A DNA stretch of 24,000 nt from Aeromonas enteropelogenes (GCF_000819845.1 NZ_CDCG01000037.1:239625-263624); one strand, 5' to 3'; counted from the first letter of the stretch, positions 1 through 8,666 are shown. The notes: generated from the letters alone by a model not told the origin. A program made the numbers and translations.

Positions 1-117
1 GTCCGGATGCTGGTAGTGGCCGCGATTGAACAGGGTCACCTCGTGCCCCCAGTCCAGTGCCAGCGCGGTGAGATGGCGGCCGAGAAATCCGGTGCCGCCG
101 ATGATCAGCAATTTCAT
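1..117 (-). CDS. NAD(P)-dependent epimerase/dehydratase-family protein, N-terminal 39 codons only (gene runs off the left edge)
   Basis: The reverse complement of 1..117 reads MKLLIIGGTGFLGRHLTALALDWGHEVTLFNRGHYQHPD, a Rossmann GxxGxxG N-terminus. The ATG is the complement of 117..115. Confidence 0.55.
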   Translation of the reverse strand, partial: MKLLIIGGTGFLGRHLTALALDWGHEVTLFNRGHYQHPD

Positions 118-386
118 CCATGTCCCTCCTGATCGGCACAGGCGCTCCCGTCTCCCCACCGATCTGTTCATCCTCTGCGGCTGATGTTGCGCAAACTGAC
201 CGCGCCGCCATCCTGCCGGCTCCTTGTCTGCCCCTACCCTACGCAACTTGGCAGCCAGACACAGCCTGCGCAGCGCCGGGATGGGACGGGGATCACGGCA
301 GCAGACGCGCAGGGATGCTATCGGGTCATGCCTGCGTTTTGGGGCCGGTTGTGCTAAATTGCCCGGGTTTTCAGTCAGGATCCGCC

Positions 387-1091
387 ATGAAGTTCGAAAT
401 CGACACCCTGGGTATCATCCGCTCTCCCTACAAGGAGAAGTTCGCCATCCCGCGCCAGCCCGGTCTGGTCAAATCGGCCCGCGCCCGCCTCGAGCTGCTG
501 CCCCCCTACGATCAGCCGGACGTGCTGCGCGGCATCGAGCAGTTCTCCCACCTGTGGCTCAGCTTCGTGTTTCACCAGACGATGGATCAGGGCTGGCACC
601 CGACGGTGCGCCCACCGCGCCTCGGCGGCAACGAGCGGGTCGGGGTGTTTGCCACCCGCTCCACCTTCCGCCCCAACCCCCTCGGCCTCTCCGTGGTCGA
701 GTTGCACGGGGTTGGCCGCTCGCGCGGCAAGCTGTGGCTGGAGCTGGGGGCGGTGGACTTGCTCGATGGCACCCCCATCGTCGACATCAAGCCCTACATC
801 CCCTATGCCGACAGCCTGCCGGATGCCCGTGGCGGTTTCGCCCCGGATGCCCCCACCCCGCCCCTGTGCGTGAGCTTCACGCCAGAGGCGGAGCAGCAGT
901 TGCAGCCCTGGCTCAAGGCCCATCCCGAGCTGCGCCAGCTGGTGAGCGAGGTGCTGACCCAGGATCCGCGCCCCGCCTACAAGAAAGGCAAGCCGGATGA
1001 CAAGGTGTACGGGGTGCGACTGTTTGACTGCAACGTGCGCTTTAGCATCAGCGAACCCGCTTGCCAGGTGTTGGCCATCGAAGCCGCCTGA
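387..1091 (+). CDS. trmO: tRNA (t6A37) N6-methyltransferase TrmO (YaeB/TsaA family)
   Basis: The 234-aa product from ATG 387 (MKFEIDTLGIIRSPYKEKFAIPRQPGLV...FSHLWLSFVFHQ...RPPRLGGN...GVFATRSTFRPNPLGLS...DGTPIVDIKPY...QDPRPAYKK) is collinear with E. coli YaeB/TrmO as I remember it. The ORF-track start at 120 adds 89 non-conserved residues and was not used. Confidence 0.85.
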   Translation: MKFEIDTLGIIRSPYKEKFAIPRQPGLVKSARARLELLPPYDQPDVLRGIEQFSHLWLSFVFHQTMDQGWHPTVRPPRLGGNERVGVFATRSTFRPNPLGLSVVELHGVGRSRGKLWLELGAVDLLDGTPIVDIKPYIPYADSLPDARGGFAPDAPTPPLCVSFTPEAEQQLQPWLKAHPELRQLVSEVLTQDPRPAYKKGKPDDKVYGVRLFDCNVRFSISEPACQVLAIEAA

Positions 1092-1302
1092 GGCTAACAG
1101 AGCCCCATCAGCGCCCGGTTTCACGAACATTTCACGCACCCGGGCGCCTAATGGCCCTGCAAACGGTGTGGTCAGGTGCTACCCTCTCCCCGGCCGCCCA
1201 CGGCTGCAGTACCCACCCGCCGTTTGCCGCCCATGGAACCGGCCCGACCTCGCGCCCGGCTATGCCACACGGATGTGACGCTCTCACTGAAGGAAACCAA
1301 TC

Positions 1303-1851
1303 ATGCTGATGAATACCGAACAACGCTACGGCGCCCTCAATATCGGGCTGCACTGGCTGACCCTGTTGCTGATGATCGCCGTCTACGCCCTGATCGAATT
1401 TCGTGACATCTTCCCCAAGGGAGATCCGGGACGGGACCTGATGAAACAGTGGCACTTCATGCTGGGGCTGCTCATCTTCGCCCTGGTGTGGGTCCGCCTC
1501 TTTCTGCGCGCCATCAGCCCGACGCCCCGCATCGTGCCCGAGTTGCCACCCATGCTGAGCCTGCTGGCCAAGCTGGCGCCCATCGCGCTCTACGGCTTTA
1601 TCATCCTCACCCCGCTGTTTGGCTGGCTGCTGCTGAGCGCCGGCGGCAAACCCGTCCCCTTCTTCGGCATGACGCTCCCGGCGCTGGTCGCCCCGGATCC
1701 CGAACTCAAGAAGTGGTTCAAGGAGATACACGAGACCCTGGGCAATATCGGCTATGCCCTGATCGCCCTGCATGCGGCGGCGACCCTCTATCACCACCAT
1801 GTGCGCAAGGACAACACCCTGACCATGATGCTGCCGCAGCAGCGCGACTGA
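1303..1851 (+). CDS. cybB: cytochrome b561 (CybB family, four-TM di-haem membrane protein)
   Basis: 182 aa. The motifs RYGALNIGLHWLTLLLMIAVYALIEFR, HFMLG, WFKEIHETLGNIGYALIALHAAATLYHHHVRKDNTL and MLPQ match the conserved His ligands and C-terminal KDNTLxRMxP-like motif of E. coli CybB. The sequence AAGGA lies 9 nt upstream of the ATG. Confidence 0.85.
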   Translation: MLMNTEQRYGALNIGLHWLTLLLMIAVYALIEFRDIFPKGDPGRDLMKQWHFMLGLLIFALVWVRLFLRAISPTPRIVPELPPMLSLLAKLAPIALYGFIILTPLFGWLLLSAGGKPVPFFGMTLPALVAPDPELKKWFKEIHETLGNIGYALIALHAAATLYHHHVRKDNTLTMMLPQQRD

Positions 1852-1867
1852 CATCATCAGCACAGAC

Positions 1868-1898
1868 GAGAGAGGGGGCCAACAAGGCCCCCTCTCTC
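1868..1898. terminator. GC-rich hairpin between convergent cybB and the bactofilin gene (likely bidirectional terminator)
   Basis: GAGAGAGGGGGCC (1868-1880), loop AACAA, GGCCCCCTCTCTC (1886-1898) form a perfect 13-bp stem. It is followed by TTTCT on the plus strand. Confidence 0.6.
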
Positions 1899-1914
1899 TT
1901 TCTGGCAAACCGGT

Positions 1915-2580
1915 TCAAGCCTGCGCGACAAGCGTCTCAGCCACTTTATCCCCGGCTCCCCGGGCCTGCTCTTTTGCCTTGGGCTTACCGCTTTTGCTAT
2001 CGGGCAGCGGGTTATTTGGCGGCTCGATGGTCGCCCTCTCCGCCGGTTGGGAGTGGCCAATAAAATTGCCTCCCTTGCAGATGGAGAGGGTGCCTCCCTT
2101 GAATACGCCCTGCATCCGGCCATTTTCCAGGATCTCCACCTCTTGCGAGCTGCAGGTGCCGTCCAGCAGGCCATTGATGACGACCCTGGGTGCACTCACC
2201 TCCCCTTCGACAAAGCCTCCCTGCATGATGCGCAGCACCCCCTTGCCAATTTCGATGGTACCGTTGACGTGCCCCTGCACCTCCAGGTCACCGTCAAGCA
2301 GCAGATCTCCCTTGAAGCGGGCTCCCGCCGCGATCACGGTAGTGCCCGCCGATGCGCTGTCACCGGACTGACTCGCACGTTTTCGTCCAAACATCCTGAC
2401 TCTCTCCATCAACCAAATGAGCAAAACCAGCGGCATGGGCGCCACCGGCCATAAGTAGTTATCCGACCCCAGCACATAGAGCAGCAGGGCCGCTCCCCAG
2501 CAGAACCAGACGATATAAAGAAGGTCGCTACGCTCCCTGCCTTGCAGGCAGGCGCGCCATCTTCGGGGCTGATCTTTCAT
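1915..2580 (-). CDS. bactofilin-domain (polymer-forming cytoskeletal) protein; start uncertain (long form 2580, short form 2394)
   Basis: The central segment TVIAAGARFKGDLLLDGDLEVQGHVNGTIEIGKGVLRIMQGGFVEGEVSAPRVVINGLLDGTCSSQEVEILENGRMQGVFKGGTLSICKGGNFIGH is a typical bactofilin beta-helix repeat pattern. The long form adds 62 residues with two hydrophobic helices. An in-frame MFGRKR start at 2394 has GGAGAG 7 nt upstream. Confidence 0.7.
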   Translation of the reverse strand: MKDQPRRWRACLQGRERSDLLYIVWFCWGAALLLYVLGSDNYLWPVAPMPLVLLIWLMERVRMFGRKRASQSGDSASAGTTVIAAGARFKGDLLLDGDLEVQGHVNGTIEIGKGVLRIMQGGFVEGEVSAPRVVINGLLDGTCSSQEVEILENGRMQGVFKGGTLSICKGGNFIGHSQPAERATIEPPNNPLPDSKSGKPKAKEQARGAGDKVAETLVAQA

Positions 2581-2793
2581 CCATCACCCTCTCTTGCTGC
2601 ATGAACCGCCGGCAAGATACCGGACTGGATGCCATCAATAGCATCATGTTCGGTTTAAACGACCAGTTGACAAAAAGTCTGAAGTCGGGCTGATTCAGTC
2701 CCGATACAGGCGGGGCGCATTAGGATACGGATTGACTCTGCATGACTAACCCTTTCTAATTGGCAGCCTGGACCTCCTATGACCGCCCATATC

Positions 2794-3468
2794 ATGAAAA
2801 TTTTGTTGGTCGAAGATGACAAGCTGCTCAATCACCACCTCTCCTCCCTGCTGACCGAGGCCGACAATCAGGTCTACAGCACGGATCAGGCTGGTATTGC
2901 GCTGCACTACGCCGCTGACTATCCCATTGATGTGGCCATCATCGATCTCGGCCTGCCGGACATGGACGGCCTGCAGCTGATCCGCCAGATGCGCGAACAA
3001 CAGATCCCCTTCCCCATCCTGATCCTGACCGCTCGTGGCAACTGGCAGGACAAGGTCGAGGGGCTGGAGGCGGGCGCCGATGACTACCTGGTCAAGCCGT
3101 TCCAGAAAGACGAGCTGCTGGCTCGCCTCAACGCTTTGCTGCGCCGCAGCGCCGGGTTTATCTCCCCACGGGTGAAGGCCGGTGATTACGAGCTGGATCT
3201 CTCCCGCAAGGAGCTGACCATCGCCGGCGAAGTGGCGGTACTCACCAGCTTCGAGTACCTCATTCTGGAATACCTGATGCGCAATGCCCGTCAGGTGGTT
3301 TCCAAGCAGCAGCTGCTCGATCAGCTCTACGGCGACGGCGAAGGGGACCCCAATACCATAGAGGTGATGGTGAGCCGGCTGCGCAAGAAGCTGGATCCGG
3401 AAGGGACGATTCAACCCATCTCCACCATCCGTCGCCAGGGCTACATCTTCAACCTGTCGTGCAACTGA
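2794..3468 (+). CDS. phoP: OmpR-family response regulator, PhoP-like
   Basis: The product MKILLVEDDKLLNHHL...DVAIIDLGLPDMDGLQLIRQMR...PILILTARGNWQDKVEGLEAGADDYLVKPF plus a winged-helix C-terminus closely parallels E. coli PhoP from memory. An alternative ATG at 2779 would add MTAHI. The stop overlaps the start of the kinase gene. Confidence 0.85.
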   Translation: MKILLVEDDKLLNHHLSSLLTEADNQVYSTDQAGIALHYAADYPIDVAIIDLGLPDMDGLQLIRQMREQQIPFPILILTARGNWQDKVEGLEAGADDYLVKPFQKDELLARLNALLRRSAGFISPRVKAGDYELDLSRKELTIAGEVAVLTSFEYLILEYLMRNARQVVSKQQLLDQLYGDGEGDPNTIEVMVSRLRKKLDPEGTIQPISTIRRQGYIFNLSCN

Positions 3469-4853
3469 TGCGGCTCCCCCTGTTGCTGCGCCCCGTGCAG
3501 CTGCTGCGCCGCTCCCTGCACATCAAGCTGCTGCTCAGCTCGCTGCTGGTGATCGCCCTTATCATGAGCTTTGCGGTGTATGCCCTCTACCTTGCCCATG
3601 TCGAGGAGTTGAGCCAGAAGGCAAGCGCCCGGATGCAGGAGAACCTGGCCAAGCTCTTCTCCTCCACCGAGCCCTCCCAGAACAAGTCCGCCGATCTTGG
3701 CCACCTCTCCCGCAATGCCGGGGATCGCAACCTCGATACCCTGATCTGCCGCGCCGATGGCGCCCTGGTGTGGTCCAGCCTGCATCTGCCCGAGGTGATC
3801 AACACCAAGCAGACCATCTGCGGGGATCTGATGAAGTACCTGGGGGGGATGGATCTCGACTACTTCTTCAAGAAGCACACCATACAAAACGGCGAGAGCT
3901 ACTTCGTCTACAGCCTGCGTTTTGTTCGCAACCCTGGCACCGGTACCACCGCCTACTACGTGGTGATGATAGATTCCGCCAAGCGCTACCACGCCCAGGC
4001 GCTCGCCTACCTCAGCCAGACCGCGCGCCAGGCGCTGCTGGCCTATATGCTGCTCGCGGGCATGCTGGTGCTCACCACCTTCTGGAGCCTCAGCTCCCTG
4101 CGCACCATCGCCCGCCAGCTCGACGAGATCCGGGCCGGCAAGCTCGACGCCCTCTCCAGCGATGTCGAGCGGGAACTGGCGCCCCTTACCGACTCCATCA
4201 ACCAGTTGCTGGAGAACGAGCGGCAGCAGACCCAACGTTACCAGCACGCCCTCAACGATCTCGCCCACAGCCTGAAAACCCGGCTGGCGCTGATCCAGAT
4301 GACCACCCGGGAGAGCAAGCTCGGGCGCGACATCCACGACAACATCAACGAGCAGATCCTCACCATGGATCAGATGGTCCAGTACCAGCTCAGGCGCGCC
4401 GTCACCGGCCGCCAGCGCCTCGCCAGCAAAGGCACTGAGCCGGTGCCCCTTATCGAGAAACTGCTGGCCAGCCTGACCAAGGTCTATCGCCACAAGAAGC
4501 TGCAGACCCAGTTTCACTTCGATGACGACGCCCTGTTTCACGGTGAGCAGGGGGATCTGATGGAGCTGATGGGCAACCTGCTCGACAATGCCTGCAAGTT
4601 CGCCATCAGCGAGGTGCATGTGACGGTGCGCCGTCAGGCCGAGCAGCTGCGCATCGAAGTGGAAGATGACGGCCCCGGCATAGAGCCGGCCAAATCGGAG
4701 CAGATCTTCCAGCGCGGCGTGCGGGCCGACAGCTCCCCGGGGCAAGGCATTGGCCTCGCGGTCGTGACCGAGATAGTCCACAGTTACGGCGGCCAGATCC
4801 GGGTGGACGAATCGCCCCTTGGCGGTGCCCGCTTTACCCTGATCCTGCCCTGA
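3468..4853 (+). CDS. phoQ: sensor histidine kinase, PhoQ-like
   Basis: TGATG stop/start overlap with the regulator gene (TGA 3466-3468, ATG 3468-3470). The product has two TM segments flanking a periplasmic domain of about 145 aa. It carries H-box LNDLAHSLKTRLALIQ, N-box LMGNLLDNACKF and G-boxes DDGPGI / GQGIGLAVV. The HSLKT-type H-box is characteristic of PhoQ. Confidence 0.8.
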   Translation: MRLPLLLRPVQLLRRSLHIKLLLSSLLVIALIMSFAVYALYLAHVEELSQKASARMQENLAKLFSSTEPSQNKSADLGHLSRNAGDRNLDTLICRADGALVWSSLHLPEVINTKQTICGDLMKYLGGMDLDYFFKKHTIQNGESYFVYSLRFVRNPGTGTTAYYVVMIDSAKRYHAQALAYLSQTARQALLAYMLLAGMLVLTTFWSLSSLRTIARQLDEIRAGKLDALSSDVERELAPLTDSINQLLENERQQTQRYQHALNDLAHSLKTRLALIQMTTRESKLGRDIHDNINEQILTMDQMVQYQLRRAVTGRQRLASKGTEPVPLIEKLLASLTKVYRHKKLQTQFHFDDDALFHGEQGDLMELMGNLLDNACKFAISEVHVTVRRQAEQLRIEVEDDGPGIEPAKSEQIFQRGVRADSSPGQGIGLAVVTEIVHSYGGQIRVDESPLGGARFTLILP

Positions 4854-4858
4854 CCCCC

Positions 4859-4881
4859 AGGGGCCCTGCCACAGGGCCCCT
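4859..4881 (+). terminator. hairpin downstream of phoQ
   Basis: AGGGGCCCTG-CCA-CAGGGCCCCT forms a perfect 10-bp stem 6 nt after the stop. The tail TGCTTTCC is only weakly U-rich. Confidence 0.5.
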
Positions 4882-5035
4882 TGCTTTCCCCTCCTGCAAT
4901 GCGGTTCGCGCCTGTCGTGTGCCCACCGCACAAATCCTCCACCGTTTTCATTCAGATACTTGTGATGCGCCCCATCTCGGTTAAGCTAGGGGGCGTTTTT
5001 GTCTGTTAACCCTTTGATGGACTTGCTATCACACC

Positions 5036-5524
5036 ATGGAAAACATGTTTGAAAGATTGATGTATGCATCGCGCTGGATCATGGCCCCCATCTACCTGGG
5101 ACTCAGCCTTATCCTGCTGGCACTGGGCCTGAAGTTCTTTCAGGAGATCATCCATATCCTGCCGAATATCTTCGCAATGAAAGAGGTGGATCTGGTGCTG
5201 GTCACCCTGTCACTGATCGATATCACCCTGGTGGGGGGGCTCATCGTGATGGTGATGTTTTCCGGTTATGAGAACTTCGTCTCGCGCCTCGACGTGGGGG
5301 ATGAGAGCGACAAGCTGGTATGGCTCGGCAAGCTCGACGCCGGTTCCCTGAAGAACAAGGTGGCCGCCTCCATCGTCGCCATCTCGTCCATTCACCTGCT
5401 CAAGGTGTTTATGAATGCCGAAAATATCCCCAATGACAAGATCAAATGGTACCTGTTGATCCATATCACCTTTGTCGTCTCCGCCTTTGCCATGGGCTAT
5501 CTGGACAAGCTGACCCGCAAATAA
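5036..5524 (+). CDS. yqhA: UPF0114 inner-membrane protein YqhA
   Basis: [46 protein letters not shown]... matches the conserved N-terminus of E. coli YqhA (MYASRWLLAPxYxGLSL...LKFFQEIIH) along the whole 162 aa. Confidence 0.85.
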   Translation: MENMFERLMYASRWIMAPIYLGLSLILLALGLKFFQEIIHILPNIFAMKEVDLVLVTLSLIDITLVGGLIVMVMFSGYENFVSRLDVGDESDKLVWLGKLDAGSLKNKVAASIVAISSIHLLKVFMNAENIPNDKIKWYLLIHITFVVSAFAMGYLDKLTRK

Positions 5525-5539
5525 GGCTCGGCCTTCATA

Positions 5540-5575
5540 CACTGCGGCCACCTTCGGGTGGCCGCAGTGTTTTTA
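5540..5575 (+). terminator. rho-independent terminator of yqhA
   Basis: CACTGCGGCCACC-TTCG-GGTGGCCGCAGTG forms a 13-bp stem with a tetraloop, followed by TTTTT. Confidence 0.85.
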
Positions 5576-5911
5576 CTCTTCCCCCTTTCACCGTATCCAG
5601 ACGTCCCACCGACCCATTCAGGCAGCAACCCAGCCCGTGTTTAATTTATTGATCAACGACTGATTATTGCCCATTGCCTCTTCCAGAAAAGGCTTCATTC
5701 GGTATCATGGTCGCTCGACAAAGCACCGCATCCAAAGGCTCGCCATGCGCCTTCTCAGCTATGCCGATTTTGTCCGAAGCATATTGGTTCATAACAGCAG
5801 TGTGGGAGCTGTAACTCAGGGGCGGTAGCATGACCGTAGTGAGTAATCCGTGATGACAAATGTTAAACCTTGAAGGATATGCATCCTTTATACCTATAAA
5901 AGCTCTTTATT

Positions 5912-6127
5912 ATGAAGAAAACTCAAATAATAAATCAATTGGTAGAGGCCGTAGATGTTCATACATTGGAGAGTTTTTCTGCTGATGATTATAGAAATTA
6001 TTTAAAGAGTGAAGGGCTATTTATGGTTAATCATCACGACATTCTAGTATCATCATGTGCTGGATACCCAATTGCCTTATCAAAGAAACATTTAGACATA
6101 TACATTGAAGAATTAAAAAAATATTAG
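5912..6127 (+). CDS. hypothetical 71-aa protein in an AT-rich islet (no recognisable family)
   Basis: Only an ORF of AT-rich codon usage (MKKTQIINQLVEAVDVHTLESF...IEELKKY). There is no convincing Shine-Dalgarno sequence and I recognise no homology. Confidence 0.35.
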   Translation: MKKTQIINQLVEAVDVHTLESFSADDYRNYLKSEGLFMVNHHDILVSSCAGYPIALSKKHLDIYIEELKKY

Positions 6128-6252
6128 ACATCTACTGCCATAATAAAATAGCACATATTATATACTTGTTTTATTCTCGTTTTTATTTTTTAAATGTCAG
6201 TTGTTTACCCTGTTTATTATCAACATTAAAATATCTCTGTTTGAGGGAAGCC

Positions 6253-6534
6253 GTGAGCAAGGTGACACTAAAGGGATTTATTATTGTTCCTCCATCAGAT
6301 TTAGCTCAGGTTAAAGATGAGCTTGCCAGACATATCCAACTGACTCGCACTGAGCCCGGTTGCCTTGTCTTTGAGGTAATTCAAGATAGCGCTAATCCAT
6401 GTCAATTCGATGTCTATGAAGAGTTTGTCGACAATATAGCCTTTCAAGCACACCAAGCCAGAGTCAAATCCTCGTATTGGGGAGAGATTACGGCCAACGT
6501 AGAGCGCCATTATACGGTGACGATAGCTGAATGA
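6253..6534 (+). CDS. antibiotic-biosynthesis-monooxygenase (ABM) domain protein, YgiN-like putative quinol monooxygenase
   Basis: A GTG at 6253 is preceded by GAGGGA. The 93-aa product VTLKGFIIVPPSDLAQVKDELARHIQLTRTEPGCLVFEVIQDSANPCQFDVYEEFVDNIAFQAHQ has the ABM ferredoxin-like signature (TRxEPGCLxFxVxQD...FxVYExFxDxxAFxxH). The ORF-track start at 6166 (TTG) adds an implausible Cys/Phe-rich leader. Confidence 0.7.
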   Translation: MSKVTLKGFIIVPPSDLAQVKDELARHIQLTRTEPGCLVFEVIQDSANPCQFDVYEEFVDNIAFQAHQARVKSSYWGEITANVERHYTVTIAE

Positions 6535-6632
6535 TTTTCAGCTACGAGAAAGTCATCATCTGTCCACGAACGCCCCATGACGCTTGACTCATCGAGTCAA
6601 CTCCATCTCCATTTTTAACTATTGAGGAAACC

Positions 6633-7061
6633 ATGATCCGTCCATTATCTACTGCCGATTTGGATGCCATGGTAGAGCTCTGGTATCAGGCATCCATACG
6701 GGCTCACCACTTTATCCCCGCCTCTTTCTGGTATGCACAGCGGGCGGCAATGCGGGATATCTATCTGCCCGCCAGCGAAAGCTGGGTCTATGAGGAAGGT
6801 AGCCAGCTCCTGGGGTTTGTCTCCTATCACCAGGGAGCACTCGCAGCCCTCTTTATTACCCCGGACAAGCAGTCACAGGGGCTGGGTCGCCAGCTGCTTG
6901 AGCACCTCAAAGGACAATATGAGCGCCTCGATTTGAAGGTATATGCAGAGAATGAAGCTGCGCAGCGCTTCTATGTCCGTAACGGTTTTACCGAGAGTGA
7001 ACATCAGGTGTGCGAGCATAGCGGCCGCGCCGAAATCGTCATGCATTGGCAACGAGGTTAA
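6633..7061 (+). CDS. GNAT-family N-acetyltransferase
   Basis: 142 aa. The acetyl-CoA binding motif A (ALFITPDKQSQGLGRQLLEHL) and the C-terminal AQRFYVRNGF are typical of GNAT enzymes. GAGGAA lies 4 nt upstream of the ATG. Confidence 0.85.
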   Translation: MIRPLSTADLDAMVELWYQASIRAHHFIPASFWYAQRAAMRDIYLPASESWVYEEGSQLLGFVSYHQGALAALFITPDKQSQGLGRQLLEHLKGQYERLDLKVYAENEAAQRFYVRNGFTESEHQVCEHSGRAEIVMHWQRG

Positions 7062-7221
7062 TCGCAGGTGGCCAACAGTAGTACCTAATCCGCCTAGCGA
7101 CGCCATGGCTGGCATGCAGTGGTGAGCTTAATCCGGCCGTATTGCCGGATAACCTCTTCTGTCCCCCCATAGCCCACATAATGCGGCGACCAGCTTCGAG
7201 CTTCCGAGCACTATTCGCCTG

Positions 7222-7255
7222 AACAACAAGGCCACCATTGGGTGGCCTTGTTGTT
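7222..7255. terminator. 15-bp perfect hairpin between the GNAT gene and the convergent sigma-54 activator gene
   Basis: AACAACAAGGCCACC-ATTG-GGTGGCCTTGTTGTT. The plus-strand arm ends in a T-rich run. It lies about 100 nt beyond the stop of the minus-strand activator gene and about 160 nt beyond the GNAT stop. Confidence 0.6.
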
Positions 7256-7358
7256 TCTGGCATCTTCCGGACAAGCCACGGACGGGTTGCAACACCGCCG
7301 CCCATACTCCCGCTGGTATAGGCCACTTCCTTCACGCCACCCTGGCGGGTTCGCCAGC

Positions 7359-8666
7359 TCACAGCAAATCGTGCTTGTCCAGCAGGCGGTAGAGGGTCGC
7401 ACGGGAGATATCGAGCTGGCGCGCCACCTCTTCCAGCTGATCCGGGAAACGGGTCAAGGTCCGTTGCAACGCCTGACGCTCCGCCGCTTCACGCACGGCC
7501 TTGAGAGAGTTGTTCATGTTCAGCAGCTGGGAGTCCCTGTGGATCAGCTCCATATCCTGGGCATCGATAAAGGGGCCCGAACACATGACGGCGGCCCGCT
7601 GTACCCGGTTGCGCAGCTCCCTGACATTGCCTGGCCAGTCGTAAGACTGCATGGCCTGGCGCGCCTTGCGGGTGAAGCTTATCATGCGATTGCCCCGCGC
7701 CTCGGCCAGGACCTCGTCCGCCAGCAGCTGGATGTCTTCGGCTCGCTCACGCAGCGCGGGTGTGCGCAGGCGCACCACATTGAGCCGATAGTAAAGGTCC
7801 ATGCGAAACGAGCCGTTGGCTACCGCCTGCTCTACGTCTATGTTAGTTGCGGCAATGACCCTCACATCGACGCTGCGGGACACATGGCTGCCCACCGCCT
7901 CTATGCTCTCCTCCTGCAAGAAACGCAGCAGGGTCGCCTGATCTTCGAGCGGCAGTTCGCCTATCTCATCGAGGAACAGGGTGCCGCCATCGGCCGCTTC
8001 TATCCTGCCTATCTTGCGACTCTGGGCTCCGGTGAAGGCCCCCTTGACGTGACCGAACAGCTCGGACTGGATCAGCTGGTGGGGCATGGCGCCACAGTTG
8101 ACGGCCACGAAGGGACTATCTTCCCCAAACGCGCTGTAGTGCAGCTCCCTGGCGACCAGCTCCTTGCCGGTACCGCTCGGCCCGGTCACCAGCACCGGCA
8201 GGCGACAGTGCTGCAAGCGCTGGATCTGTTCACGCAGCTGACGAATGGGGGCACTCTCCCCCTGAATGAAGTGCGGTTGTTCCGCTATTTTCGGGCGATA
8301 GCGCCTGATCAGCCGGGCCATGCCGAGGGCATGGCCCAGGCTGTGGGAGAGCCGTATCCGCTCGAGGGGAAAGGTGTGAAAATCATGGAAACAGGCGGCC
8401 AGCAAATTGCGCATCTCCTCACTGGCGAGGGCATCACGCTGGATCAGGCCAATCCACAGGCTGCTCGCGTGCTGCGTGATCAAGGCTGACAATGCCTCGT
8501 GCTGATCAGGCTCGATGGCCACCAGTACCAGGGGATAATCCTTCTCCTGCAACTTTCTCTCTGCCATCGCCAGTGAACTTGCCTGCTCCACCCGCCACTC
8601 GCTTTTGACCAGCAGACTCTCCAGTACGGCACATGAATTGATGAGCAATAATGCCGTTGCTGTCAT
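7359..8666 (-). CDS. sigma-54-dependent transcriptional activator (bacterial enhancer-binding protein) with an atypical N-terminal receiver-like domain
   Basis: The 435-aa product starts at ATG 8666, with AAGGAGG 7 nt upstream. The AAA+ core has Walker A GPSGTGKE, the sigma-54 contact loop GAFTGA, Walker B LFLDEIGE and RVIAATN. The C-terminus carries a Fis-type HTH ([22 protein letters not shown]). The ORF-track start at 8720 is not needed. Confidence 0.9.
   Translation of the reverse strand: MTATALLLINSCAVLESLLVKSEWRVEQASSLAMAERKLQEKDYPLVLVAIEPDQHEALSALITQHASSLWIGLIQRDALASEEMRNLLAACFHDFHTFPLERIRLSHSLGHALGMARLIRRYRPKIAEQPHFIQGESAPIRQLREQIQRLQHCRLPVLVTGPSGTGKELVARELHYSAFGEDSPFVAVNCGAMPHQLIQSELFGHVKGAFTGAQSRKIGRIEAADGGTLFLDEIGELPLEDQATLLRFLQEESIEAVGSHVSRSVDVRVIAATNIDVEQAVANGSFRMDLYYRLNVVRLRTPALRERAEDIQLLADEVLAEARGNRMISFTRKARQAMQSYDWPGNVRELRNRVQRAAVMCSGPFIDAQDMELIHRDSQLLNMNNSLKAVREAAERQALQRTLTRFPDQLEEVARQLDISRATLYRLLDKHDLL

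Noticed and set aside
120-386. N-terminal 89-codon extension of trmO suggested by the ORF track
   Set aside because: Homology to YaeB/TrmO starts exactly at MKFEIDTLGII (ATG 387). The extension is Pro/Ala/Cys-rich with no conserved features. The region is more plausibly the divergent promoter region shared with the epimerase gene.
2652-2670. Possible PhoP box (GGTTTA ... CAGTTGA) upstream of phoP
   Set aside because: The half-site spacing is 13 nt start to start rather than the 11-nt periodicity of the (T/G)GTTTA-N5-(T/G)GTTTA direct repeat. The second half-site is also degenerate, so support is insufficient.
3441-4931. 496-aa minus-strand ORF antisense to phoQ, plus other long alternative-frame ORFs (e.g. 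224..1000, 375..1139, 1132..1908, 12192..13166, 15818..16906, 17564..18538)
   Set aside because: All overlap genes with clear family signatures on the other strand or frame. Their translations are Arg/Gly/Ala/Pro/His-rich low-complexity sequences typical of off-frame GC-rich DNA.
5664-5792. 42-codon minus-strand ORF (MNQYASDKIGIAEKAHGEPLDAVLCRATMIPNEAFSGRGNGQ) in the non-coding stretch after yqhA
   Set aside because: It has no ribosome-binding site that I could see and no recognisable family, and it is short enough to be chance. It could be a gene remnant at the islet border, but I cannot support that.
7242-8489. 415-aa plus-strand ORF antisense to the sigma-54 activator gene
   Set aside because: The minus strand carries Walker A/B, GAFTGA and Fis-HTH motifs. 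The plus-strand product has no recognisable motif, so this is a shadow ORF.
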